Shown piece after piece: positions 10,379-20,600 of a DNA stretch of 64,000 bases (position 1 is its first letter; every line of letters begins with the position of its first letter). Source of the stretch: an uncultured Candidatus Binatia bacterium (GTDB taxonomy: Bacteria > Desulfobacterota > Binatia > Bin18); contig OZ243961.1 in the NCBI GenBank assembly GCA_965214605.1, forward strand, positions 2,048,001 through 2,112,000. The letters run 5' to 3'. The notes under the pieces are model-generated. The model was not told where the DNA came from. It ran no database searches and was given only the letters and a program-made list of their open reading frames with translations. The position numbers and the translations under genes were made by a program.

Positions 10379-11260
10379 CTACACACTCGCCGACGGAACG
10401 ACGAGCTTCTCGGCCAACCTTTCAATCTCAGCTCGAATTTTGCTCGGATCGTCGGCAAAGCCACCTACAATTACCTGATCGACACCAAGATCGCTGTAGC
10501 GCTTGATCTGATCTATCTCCACCGGTGAGCCGAGTCCCGGAGAAACGGCAAAGCTCAGTTTGTCAGGATCACGACCAGCGGCTTTGGCGTACTCTTTCAT
10601 GCGCGGGATCTTTTCCTGAGCGTCCTCAGGGGTCACATTTACCCCAAACCACCCATCCCCGACCTCACCGACCCGCTTGAGAGCTGGGGTACTCTCTCCG
10701 CCAAAAATAATCGGTGGGTGGGGTTTTTGGATCGGCTTGGGCAACATGACCGACTTGGGAAAGCTACAGAACTCCCCCCTAAACTCGGGCTCATCCTCAG
10801 TCCACAGCAACTTCATGGCCTGCAGATACTCGCGGGTCCGCTGGGCACGGCGTGGCCACGGCACCCCAACCGCGTCAAATTCCTCGGCCAGCCAGCCAAT
10901 GCCAACGCCAAAATCAAACCGTCCACCCGACAGTTTGTCGAGGCTGGCGACTTCCTTGGCCGTGACAACTGGGTTGCGCTCCGGTACCAGACAAATCCCG
11001 GTCCCCAGACGAATGTCCTTGGTTGTAGCGGCGGCAAAAGTCAGGGTCGTAAACGGATCAAGAATATCGACCTGGGTCGACATTGGGAGCCGTCCATCCT
11101 GGGAATAGGGATACCTGGAGGCGTACTGGTTGAGCAGCACCACATGCTCAGGTGCCCATAATGAGTAGAACCCGGCCTGGTCAGCCGTCTGAGCGGTGAC
11201 CGTGACATTCTCAGGCTCAGCCGCGATACCAATCCCGATTGCAAAATAGCCAATCTTCAT
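10379..11260 (-). CDS. LLM-class (probably F420-dependent) oxidoreductase
   Basis: PEHVV, LSGGRFDFGVGIGWLAEEF and PKPIQKPHPPIIFGG motifs. Confidence 0.88.
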   Translation of the reverse strand: MKIGYFAIGIGIAAEPENVTVTAQTADQAGFYSLWAPEHVVLLNQYASRYPYSQDGRLPMSTQVDILDPFTTLTFAAATTKDIRLGTGICLVPERNPVVTAKEVASLDKLSGGRFDFGVGIGWLAEEFDAVGVPWPRRAQRTREYLQAMKLLWTEDEPEFRGEFCSFPKSVMLPKPIQKPHPPIIFGGESTPALKRVGEVGDGWFGVNVTPEDAQEKIPRMKEYAKAAGRDPDKLSFAVSPGLGSPVEIDQIKRYSDLGVDQVIVGGFADDPSKIRAEIERLAEKLVVPSASV

Positions 11261-11282
11261 TGCTTTCCCCTTTCTTTACGTC

Positions 11283-11681
11283 CTACGTATGCTCAAGCTT
11301 GGCCCGTGCCTCACGCCCCTTGTCTGGAGTCGGATCTTTGACCACCCCGTAAATCTGGCGACCCTCATGATCTTCCGGTAGATGCTCGGTAATCGGCACG
11401 CCTTCGGGGGTCACAAACAGCAAACAGTGACAGTACTTCCACTGTTTCATCTCGTCGCAGGCGCACACCCATTCACGGCTCCGCTCGACCTCGGTCTTTT
11501 TATCCGGATAAAAATTGCACGGGCACAGCGGCCGGCCAACCTGGTCGATATTGCTGGCCAATCCCATAATAACCGACTCGGTAACCTCCTTATCTGGATG
11601 GGCAGAGGTGCCTGTTTTTTGGAGATACTTCTCAACGTAAATCCGCATCCTTCTGATGCTTTTTTCCGACGGCTGTTCCAT
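11283..11681 (-). CDS. Ferredoxin-thioredoxin reductase catalytic-subunit-like protein
   Basis: CPC...CAC...CHCLLF cysteine pattern of the FTR beta chain. Start moved to the ATG at 11681. Confidence 0.85.
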   Translation of the reverse strand: MEQPSEKSIRRMRIYVEKYLQKTGTSAHPDKEVTESVIMGLASNIDQVGRPLCPCNFYPDKKTEVERSREWVCACDEMKQWKYCHCLLFVTPEGVPITEHLPEDHEGRQIYGVVKDPTPDKGREARAKLEHT

Positions 11682-11832
11682 CGCGGTGCTCCCTTTCATG
11701 GGTTGGCTGCACAGTCTAGTATGGTCTTGTGGTCTTAAAAAGCTGTCGCTGATCTCGTCCATGGAATCGGTCCATCAATGATAGCTTCTATGCCACCCTC
11801 GGCAAAAGATAAAGGGCTTGAGAGTTATCAGC

Positions 11833-12810
11833 ATGTCAGAATCGAAGATTTACGTCACTCGAACCATTCCAGACCAGGCGCTGTCTGTACTCAGGCCGCG
11901 TGGACAGGTGCGGCTGTGGGAGGCGGATGAGACGGTGCCTCGGGACACCCTGCTGCAAGAGGTCCGGGACACGACCGCCCTGCTCAGCATGGTGACCGAG
12001 CGGATTGATGACGAGTTGATCGACCACGCCCCCCAGCTTACCATCGTCGCCAATATGGCGGTTGGTTACGATAATGTGGACGTCCCGGCTTTAAGCCGTC
12101 GTGGCGTACTGCTGACCAATACGCCGGGCGTCCTGACAGAGACAACTGCCGATCTCAGCTTTGGACTGATTTTAGGCATTGCACGCCGTATTGCCGAGGC
12201 CGACCAGTTTGTGCGAGATGGGGGCTGGCGATCGTGGGGACCCCTCTTTTTTGTAGGCCATGACGTTCACCATGCCACCCTAGGAATTATTGGTCTGGGC
12301 CGTATTGGCACCCAGGTTGCCCAGCGGGCTAAGGGTTTTGATATGCGGGTGGTCTACACAAATCGGGGCCGCAACCGAGAGGCAGAAGAGCGCTTAGGCT
12401 GCGTCCGGGTTGATTTGTCGACCCTCTTACGTGAATCAGACTTTGTGAGCATCCACGCTCCGCTTAGTCCACGCACTCGCCACCTGCTGTCAGGTCCAGA
12501 GTTTCGGCTGATGAAGAAGACCGCCTTTCTGATCAATGTGGCACGAGGACCCCTAGTCGATCAGCCTGCTCTGTATGAGGCGCTGCGGGATGGAGAGATC
12601 GCCGGCGCCGCCCTCGACGTAACCGACCCGGAACCGATTGCCACAGACGATCCGCTCTTGTCGCTCAAAAACTGCTTGATCGTTCCCCATATTGGCAGCG
12701 CGAGTCTTGACACCCGGATCCGCATGGCAACTCTGGCGGCCGAGAATATTGCGGCCTTTTTGGCCGGCGGACCACCGCCCACACCGGTTAATCCTGAGGT
12801 ATTAGCTTGA
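11833..12810 (+). CDS. D-2-hydroxyacid dehydrogenase (glyoxylate reductase/D-glycerate dehydrogenase)
   Basis: AVGYDNVD, GIIGLGRIG, INVARG, LDVTDPEP and PHIGSA motifs. Confidence 0.92.
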   Translation: MSESKIYVTRTIPDQALSVLRPRGQVRLWEADETVPRDTLLQEVRDTTALLSMVTERIDDELIDHAPQLTIVANMAVGYDNVDVPALSRRGVLLTNTPGVLTETTADLSFGLILGIARRIAEADQFVRDGGWRSWGPLFFVGHDVHHATLGIIGLGRIGTQVAQRAKGFDMRVVYTNRGRNREAEERLGCVRVDLSTLLRESDFVSIHAPLSPRTRHLLSGPEFRLMKKTAFLINVARGPLVDQPALYEALRDGEIAGAALDVTDPEPIATDDPLLSLKNCLIVPHIGSASLDTRIRMATLAAENIAAFLAGGPPPTPVNPEVLA

Positions 12811-12859
12811 CGAGGGCCGACGCACGCGTCAGCCCTATCAAGAAAGAAATGGTAGTCGC

Positions 12860-13408
12860 TTACAGAGCCGCGGCGCGTGCGTCTTCTTTCAGCAGCTGGG
12901 CAACGATCGTATCCACGATCGCGTCGGCCCGACCCCAGACTTCTTCTTTTGTCAATGGCACAATTGGATGTGGAACCGTCACGACTTCATAGGTCGGAAT
13001 GCCTAGGTTTGTACACTGGACCCGGGCGGCAGCCACAAATTCAGTGGTGGAAATATTGACGGTCGGAATCCCCTGCTCTTCAAAATAGGCGACGTCGTGC
13101 GAACTGCACGAAATGCATGAGCCTCAAGAGCTGACCGCTTCGATGAGCCCATGGCAACGAGACACAATATCCTGGCGAGCCTCGGGATTCACCACCCGGG
13201 TGGGAGCCGGTTTGGCATGCCGGACCACCTCAGCCACCCCATAGCGGTCCTTGAGGAGCGTCTCAACACGGTCCAGAAAGATGTTGCTATTGGGGAAGCC
13301 AATGTCTACTAACGCCAGCGTTGTGCCCTGCAAGCTAGAGAGACGCGGGGCAAGTGTTTTCTCGACCTTGCCGCTATAGCCAATCGGATCAAGCATTTCG
13401 TCTGCCAT
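12860..13408 (-). CDS. UGSC-family selenoprotein (in-frame UGA at 13124-13126)
   Basis: The frame continues through TGA as ...EAVSS-U-GSCISCSSHD...GIPTV...HPI to TAA at 12860 (182 aa). A SECIS-like hairpin follows the UGA. Confidence 0.85.
13095..13111 (-). promoter_or_regulatory. Bacterial SECIS-like hairpin
   Basis: mRNA UCGUGC-AGUUC-GCACGA: a 6-bp stem with a GU-containing loop starting 12 nt after the UGA. Confidence 0.7.
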
Positions 13409-13437
13409 GTCCTTCCTCCTTAATGACAATGAAAGAG

Positions 13438-14523
13438 CTAGATGACTATTTTTTTGGTCACCGGCGTACTGCCCAAGTCGTCGGCAACCCAACCCGGAAT
13501 AGTGACGGAGAAACGGCCCGCCGTACCGCCCGCGACGACCACTAAAATTGAGTCCAGCGAGCGGAATTTACGGACATGATCATCGACCACAAAGCCCTTG
13601 TTCTCGGCCGCCTGCAATAGACTCACCCCAAACCCCTCACCACCTTTATCACCCGGTTTGAGATCTGCTACAGCCCTCTTGACATTATCGTACAGAAACT
13701 GCCGAACGTCTTTGCGTGACCAGCCTTCGGCCGCAATGGTCTGGGCATGCTCCGGACTCAAGACCAGAATTGTATCGCCGAACAGCGGATAGTTTTTGTG
13801 ATTCCACAGCCCACCCCCCATTGTCAGGCCGATTGAGTACATCAGCTGTTCGGCACTCCGGCTCTGAAAGTCACTGATCTGTTGCGGCCCACCACCGGCA
13901 AACAGGGTGATGGCAGAATCATCCTGGTGCAAACCTCGCTCGGTATGAAACGGCGGCCAGGGACACTCTTCCTCATTCTCGCCAATAATCGCGCTGTACT
14001 GACCGGGCTGACCCATGGTAGCTTTAGTGAGTTCATGGGGGCGTGCCCCACCAATGTTCATAATGGTCAGCCGCAGAGCACGTCCAATTGTAGCATTCGG
14101 TCGAAAACCATGCCCCAGCGCGTTATGCCCACAGTTGAGGCCGATGCGCGGCCGAACCGGACCGTTAATAATCGCCCACGGTGCTGCGGAAAAAAGTGTG
14201 ACATTCATGCCGTGGGCACACAGCCGTTCGTCACACAGAGCCTCGACTCCGGCCAACACCACCGGAAAATACGGAGGCGCACAGCCAGCCATCACCGCAT
14301 TGACCGCAACCCGCTCGACAGTAGCCTCGCCATAACACGGCCCCAGCGTACCGATGAGTTCCTCTCTGGCCCGGCCCGGCGCGCCAGCTAACATACGTTC
14401 CACCCGTTCACGGGTCGGCGGCACGGCCGGTAGTCCATCCGTTACCCCCCGTTCGAATAACTGCTCAATGGGATCATCGGGGAGAGCCGATGCCGTTGGT
14501 GTTTCAGTCGGAGCTGTTGCCAT
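13438..14523 (-). CDS. Conserved hypothetical protein, UGSC-associated
   Basis: GVTDGLPAVPPTRERV, AVNAVMAGC and NATIGRALRL; in my recollection this family usually lies next to UGSC genes. Co-oriented 29 bp upstream of the UGSC gene. Confidence 0.7.
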   Translation of the reverse strand: MATAPTETPTASALPDDPIEQLFERGVTDGLPAVPPTRERVERMLAGAPGRAREELIGTLGPCYGEATVERVAVNAVMAGCAPPYFPVVLAGVEALCDERLCAHGMNVTLFSAAPWAIINGPVRPRIGLNCGHNALGHGFRPNATIGRALRLTIMNIGGARPHELTKATMGQPGQYSAIIGENEEECPWPPFHTERGLHQDDSAITLFAGGGPQQISDFQSRSAEQLMYSIGLTMGGGLWNHKNYPLFGDTILVLSPEHAQTIAAEGWSRKDVRQFLYDNVKRAVADLKPGDKGGEGFGVSLLQAAENKGFVVDDHVRKFRSLDSILVVVAGGTAGRFSVTIPGWVADDLGSTPVTKKIVI

Positions 14524-14946
14524 ACCACCCCCTCCATTGGCGCTTTACTCTAAAAGTATCAACAGGGGATTGCAAGACGGAGAACCAGCGGGTGATGATG
14601 GGTTGGCTGGGATTATCTATACCTTCACTTGACGAATAAGGAATCGATGAAAACCACGGCCGTCCGAAGGCCGGTCCCCAAGAGAACCGAGAACTCGCCG
14701 CCTTGACGACCGGGTCCGCACAGCGGAATTACCGCGTTTTCAACGATCTCACAATAGATCACTTGAGCGGTATCAACCTCAATTTCCGGTGAGAACAATG
14801 CCAGGCTAGGCGGCAGGGTTGCTCTCGTCCCATCTGGGCCGGGGGGTGCTGCCGTGCCCCAGCGCCTTGCGCCCGGCGGGCCGGGCCCGCGACGGCGCGG
14901 GTGCTAGCTGGCTTTCGCCGCCAGGGCGCAGATCAAGGCCGGGGTT

Positions 14947-15437
14947 ATGGTGAGGGGGGTCCGCTGGGAGCAGGCCGATGCGGTGGCCGCGGTTGCGGCT
15001 AACGGGAGGAAATGGCTGGCGGGGCTGCGGGCTGCGGCGCTGATTGCGGTGAGGTCAGATACGCTGTTGCGGGTGTCAGAGGTGGAAGCCCTGGACGTAG
15101 CGGACGTGGATATGGAAGCGCGGACGGTGACGATCCGGCGCGGGAAGACGGATCAGGAGGACCGGGCGGGATGTACCTGGCGACGCTGGGCCGTGTACAG
15201 GCCTGGCTGGACGCGACGGGTAGGAGGGCCGGGGCGCTGTTGCGGGCGGTGACGACAAGCGGGCCGGGGCGGAGGCGGCGGGGCCGGGCGGGATCTGCGC
15301 CGGCGGATTACGGCCCGGGTGCCGGCAGGCGGAAGTGGGCGGCGCTGGCGTCTGCCGGCACCTCGGTGGCGGCGAGGCCGACGGCAGGCCGCTGGTCCGC
15401 CCCGCAGATGCCCAGGCTGGACGCCCGCCATCAGTGA
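14947..15437 (+). pseudogene. Cre-like tyrosine recombinase remnant
   Basis: ALIAVRSDTLLRVSEVEALDVADV...TIRRGKTDQ, then after frameshifts GRWSAPQMP. Confidence 0.7.
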
Positions 15438-15467
15438 GCCAAGCGGAGGGCGGCGGGATCTGCGGTC

Positions 15468-16640
15468 TCAGGAATAGCTGGAGCGAACGCTTGTCAGGGA
15501 GGCAAGCGTCTCAACAACGAGGGTCGCCGCGCGCTCGATTTCTGCGTCGGTCGTGAAGCGGCCGAAGCTGAAGCGAGTGGAAGCCTCGATTGCTGCTGCC
15601 CCGAGACCGAGGGCGCGGAGGACATGGGACGGCTCAGGGATGCCCGAGGTGCAGGCCGCGCCGGTAGACGCGGCGAGGCGGGGTTGGAGAGAGCCGAGCA
15701 GGTCCTGGGCACTGAACCCGGCAAAGCGCAGATTGGCATTGCCGGGGTGGCGGTGGCCCCTGGGAGGCCCGTTGACGGCGACGGAAAATCGACTGCTGTG
15801 CAGCAGCCGTATGAAGGCATCGCGCTGCCGTGCCAGCCGTTTGCGCTCTGCGGCGCCTTCCGGCGTGCGAATGATCTCGGTCGCGGCCGCCATGCCGACA
15901 CAAAGCGCTAACGGGACGGTGCCGGAACGCAGTCCATTCTGCTGCCCACCGCCGTAGATCAAGGGTTCGATGCGCTCTTGCACGTCACGGCGAATGTAGA
16001 GTGCGCCGATCCCCTGCGGCCCATACACCTTGTGACCGGACAGACAGATCAGGTCGGCATGGACAGCAAGCTCGCTCACGTCTATGGCGCACGGTGCCTG
16101 GGCTGCGTCACAATGGAACACGGCACCGTGCGGAGCGAGCAGTGCGGCAATACGGGGAATGTCTTGAATGGTGCCGACCTCGTTGTTAACGGCCATGACT
16201 GACACGACAAGCACTGTATCGTCGAGTCGTTCTGCAAGCGCATCCAAGTTGATAAAACCTTGGCCGTCCACCGGGATGCGCTCTACTCTGAAGCCTTCGC
16301 GCTCTGCGAGCGACCGGGCGGCAGTCAGAACGCATTTGTGCTCGATAGCGCTGACCAGAATGCGCCGTCGCCCTGTGGGTGCCCGTCGCGCCAGGCCGAG
16401 CAGTGCCAGGTTATTCGCTTCGGTAGCGCCGGAGGTAAAAATCATCTCGTCGGTGTCGGCACCAATCAGCGCCGCCACGCATGACGCCGCCTCACGGACC
16501 GCCTCAGCCGCACGCCAGCCTATGATGTGATCGCTCGAATGGGGGTTGCCGAACGCTTCGCGCCAGTATGGCGCCATCTTTTCCACAACACGCGGATCGA
16601 CGGGCGTCGTCGCCTGGTAGTCGGAGTAGATGGTGTTCAT
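15468..16640 (-). CDS. sspA: Cysteine desulfurase (SspA/DndA/IscS-like)
   Basis: YSDYQATTP, GNPHS, SGATEANN, SGHKVYGPQG (PLP lysine) and STGAACTSG (catalytic Cys). Divergent from the ssp operon. Confidence 0.85.
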   Translation of the reverse strand: MNTIYSDYQATTPVDPRVVEKMAPYWREAFGNPHSSDHIIGWRAAEAVREAASCVAALIGADTDEMIFTSGATEANNLALLGLARRAPTGRRRILVSAIEHKCVLTAARSLAEREGFRVERIPVDGQGFINLDALAERLDDTVLVVSVMAVNNEVGTIQDIPRIAALLAPHGAVFHCDAAQAPCAIDVSELAVHADLICLSGHKVYGPQGIGALYIRRDVQERIEPLIYGGGQQNGLRSGTVPLALCVGMAAATEIIRTPEGAAERKRLARQRDAFIRLLHSSRFSVAVNGPPRGHRHPGNANLRFAGFSAQDLLGSLQPRLAASTGAACTSGIPEPSHVLRALGLGAAAIEASTRFSFGRFTTDAEIERAATLVVETLASLTSVRSSYS

Positions 16641-16731
16641 AATAGTCCTTTCGGCCCGAACTCGTACCTAGTAGACAGTACCCCACTCTCTTGGATATTG
16701 TCCATGGAACCGTTCCTTCGGATAAAAAGCC

Positions 16732-17685
16732 ATGTCCCGAGGCCCCTTATACCAAAACGCCTATCGCCCGCAGCTGTCGGGACATGAGACGTTTCCGCTC
16801 CGCTATGGCTGGCTGAAAAAGGCTTTTGAGGCGGTTCAGGCGAGCAAAGACCAGGGGCACAACAAGTCTATTTTCTCGGGCGAAGACGCCATCGCCCGGT
16901 TCGGCCTCGGCAAGAACATGGTTTCCTCCATGCGTCATTGGGCCGCGGCGGCGGGTGTCATTGAGGACAGTAGGGTGGACCGTCCCACCACTCTTGGACG
17001 GTCCCTGTTTGGTGCAGACGGACTCGACCCCTATATGGAAGACCCAGCTACGTCGTGGCTGGTCCATTGGCAGCTGTGCGGCCGTCCGAACAAGACTACC
17101 TACTTTTGGGCCTTCAGCCATTACCCAGCCCTGTCCTTCGAGCGCGAAACTTTGGTCAAAGCCCTTAACAAGCTCGCCAAGGAGCGCGATTGGAGTCGGG
17201 CGGCCGAGGCCACCATCAGAAGAGACGTCATCTGTTTCGTGCGTACTTATGTTGCGCAGCGTTCATCAAGACAAGCCAGCCAGGAAGACGCCCTAGAGTC
17301 CCCTTTGACCGAGCTTGGTCTGATTAAACGGGTGGGCAGGAGCGAGAGGTTCAGATTTGTCCGAGGGCAGAAGCCGTCTCTCGGTCCCGGCGTGTTCTGC
17401 TATGCGGTGACGGACTTCTGGGCTCGGTTTTCCAAAACCGCCGAGACGCTCTCCTTCGAGACCCTGGCTCACGAGCCCGGGTCGCCCGGTCGGGTCTTTC
17501 TGCTGGACGAAAACGATGTGGTAGATATGCTTGCAGGCCTGGAAGAGGTGAGTGAAGGTATCTACACATGGTCGGAGACGGCTGGTCTGAGACAGCTCAT
17601 CCGCAAGTGCGCATTGTCCGTCGAGGGTGCGCTTGACTTCATCAAGCTGGACTACGCTGCAAATGGCACGAGGAACGCCGCGTAA
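16732..17685 (+). CDS. sspB: DUF4007 family protein (SspB-like)
   Basis: SGHETFPLRYGWLKK, GLGKNMVSSMRHW and DPYMEDPATSWLVHW signature of DUF4007. Confidence 0.85.
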   Translation: MSRGPLYQNAYRPQLSGHETFPLRYGWLKKAFEAVQASKDQGHNKSIFSGEDAIARFGLGKNMVSSMRHWAAAAGVIEDSRVDRPTTLGRSLFGADGLDPYMEDPATSWLVHWQLCGRPNKTTYFWAFSHYPALSFERETLVKALNKLAKERDWSRAAEATIRRDVICFVRTYVAQRSSRQASQEDALESPLTELGLIKRVGRSERFRFVRGQKPSLGPGVFCYAVTDFWARFSKTAETLSFETLAHEPGSPGRVFLLDENDVVDMLAGLEEVSEGIYTWSETAGLRQLIRKCALSVEGALDFIKLDYAANGTRNAA

Positions 17686-20600
17686 TGGCCTTGGTTGATC
17701 GTGTCCATATCGCCCGACGCTTCCAGCGTGCGATCCGTATCGACACAGACCTTGCCGACTCAGCAGCTCTGCAGGGGTTCATCTGCCCGCCATCCTCCGC
17801 CAATATCCTCAAGACCATGGCGCGCCACGTTGCCGAGAATGGTCAAGGTGCCTTTACCTGGACTGGCCCTTATGGCAGCGGCAAATCAAGCTTGGCCGTG
17901 GCTTTCAGTGCCCTCCTCAACGGGGACGACGCTCTGAGGGACTATGCGGCCTCGGTTCTCGGCGAAAGGACGGCTGCTGCTGTCTGGGACGCGCTGCCGA
18001 CCCGCAACAAGGGCTGGCGCGTTCTGCCCGTTGTCGGTCGGCGCGACCGCCCAGCCCAGGTGCTTGGCGAAGCCATAGCGGCAGCCGGACTTTTGGCCGG
18101 TAAGGCTCCCCCCCCCCCCCCCAATTCTGGGAGCGAACAGCACACGCTGGAATGCCTCCAAAATCTCGCAGCACGGTATCCACGTGCCAGCGGTGGATTG
18201 TTGGTATTCATCGACGAGATGGGCAAGTTTCTGGAGGCAGCCGCTTACGACGGGACCGATATCTACTTCTTTCAGCAGCTTGCCGAGCTAGCTTCGCGCA
18301 GCAACAAGCGGCTCATCGTCGTCGGTATTCTCCATCAGGCGTTTGAAGAGTACGCCCATCGCTTGGCGCACGAGATGCGTGACGAGTGGGCGAAGATTCA
18401 GGGCCGGTTTGTGGACCTCGCTGTCAACATTAGCGGGGACGAACAGATTGCTCTTCTGAGCCGTGCTATCAAGAGCGACCGTGGGCCGGAGAAGCCGAGC
18501 CCCCTGGCCGAAGGCGTAGCCGCGCTGCGCAGACAGACGTCTCCACCCCTGGCGCAAATACTGGAAGACTGTTGGCCACTTCATCCCATAGTGGCCTGTC
18601 TGCTGGGCCCTCTGTCGCGGCGCCGATTTGGCCAGAACCAACGCAGCATCTTCGGGTTTCTCAATTCCACCGAACCGCAGGGCTTTCGAGACTTTCTGCG
18701 CTCCGCAGGTGACAGCGATCTCTATGCCCCCGACCGCCTGTGGGACTATTTGCGCATCAATCTGGAATCTTCCATCCTGTCCTCACCCGACGGCCACCGC
18801 TGGGCCTTGGCAGCGGATGTCCTGGAACGGTGTGAAGCCGTGGGTGGTGAGGAATTGCATCTGAGGCTGCTCAAGGCCATCGCGTTGGTGGATTTGCTGA
18901 AAGACCGCTCCGGCTTAGTCGCAAACCTTGATCTCCTGAAACATGCGTTGCCCGACTGTGGCTCGGAAGAGATCGGACAGGCCCTGGCAAAGCTGCAAGA
19001 CCAGGCGCTGATTATCTTTCGCAAGTTTAACAACGCCTATGCCGTCTTTGAGGGCAGTGACTTCGACATTGAGCACGCGGTAGAGCAGGCTTTGACGACC
19101 ATCAGCGAGGTAGACTTTGCCAGGCTCAACGCCCTTGCCGATCTGCAACCCATTGTGGCCAAGCGCCATTACCATGCCACAGGCACGCTACGGTGGTTTG
19201 ACGTAGCTCTTCTGCCATTAGTCGCAGTCGAACAGGCTGCGGCCAACTACACTCCTCAGCACGGCGCCGTCGGGGTCTTCTTCCTCGCGATTCCGACCCA
19301 GGGCGAAGGAGACCAGAAGATTGAACATATATGCCGCCGTGCGCTAGAGGGGTCTCAGGACTGGGACATTGTGGTTGGCTTGCCGCAGGACGCTTGGGAC
19401 ATCACGTCTCTTGCGCGGGAGCTGCTGGCCCTGGAGCAGGTCAGCGACGAGACACCTGAATTGCAAGGCGACCAAGTTGCGCGGCGCGAGGTTGAAGCCC
19501 GCATCGTGTTGCTCCAAGGGCGGCTGGAAAGCGAACTGACCCGCGCGTCCAACAACGCGCTCTGGTATCGGAGACACCACCGTGCCGAGCCGCTTACACG
19601 GGCTGAGCTTAACAGCCTGGCATCTGAATTGGCAGACGCGCGCTTTAAGAAATCGCCGCGCTTACATAACGAGCTTTTGAACCGCAGCAAACCGTCGAGG
19701 AATGGGGCGGCCGCGCGGAATACGTTGCTGCGGAGAATGGTCCTCAACGAAGGCGAAGCGCGCCTTGGTATTGAGGGCTTTCCCGCTGAGGGCGGGCTGT
19801 TCGCATCGCTGCTAGAGGCGACCGGGCTGTACCGAAGAACGGTTCAGGGCTGGACCTTTGTCGCGCCCACGGCCAATGACGAAGATACGCGCAACCTTGG
19901 GCCGGCTTGGCAAGCGGCAACGAAGCTTCTGGAAAACAATGCGGACCGCACGGTATCAGCCGCCGAGGTATACGATACCTGGCGTCGGGCGCCGTTCGGT
20001 ATCAAAGACGGGCTGTTACCGGTACTGATGGTAGCATTCATCCTGTCGCACCGTCGCGATCTGGCCTTCTATCGTCAGGGCATCTTTCAGGCGCGTATGT
20101 CTGATCTGGACATGGATTACCTCGTCAAAGACCCGGCCGACATTCAGCTACGCTGGATGGACCTTTCGGATGCGTCGCGTCGGCTTCTTTCCGACATGGC
20201 AGCCATCGTTCGCGAGCTGGACGAGGAAAATGCGTTGACTAACCTGGAGCCCATTGATGTGGCCAGAGGGTTGGTGGCGATCTATGACCGGCTGCCACCG
20301 TGGGTGTCCCGCACGCAGCAGCTTTCCGCTAATGCGAAACAGGTCCGGCAGTTATTCAAGCAGGCCAACGACCCGAACAAGCTGATTTTTGACGACATCC
20401 CCAACCTGCTGGGCGGCGGGACCGCTATCCACGAAGGCGACGCCCTGTGTCGAATCGTAGAGCAGGTGCGCGAGGGACTGAGAGAACTGCGCGACGCCTA
20501 CCCCTCAAGGCTATACCGTCTGCGGGAAACGCTGCTGGCCGAGCTGGAAGTACCAAATGCCTCGCCCCCAATGCTGGCTGAACTACACGACCGTGCTGAG

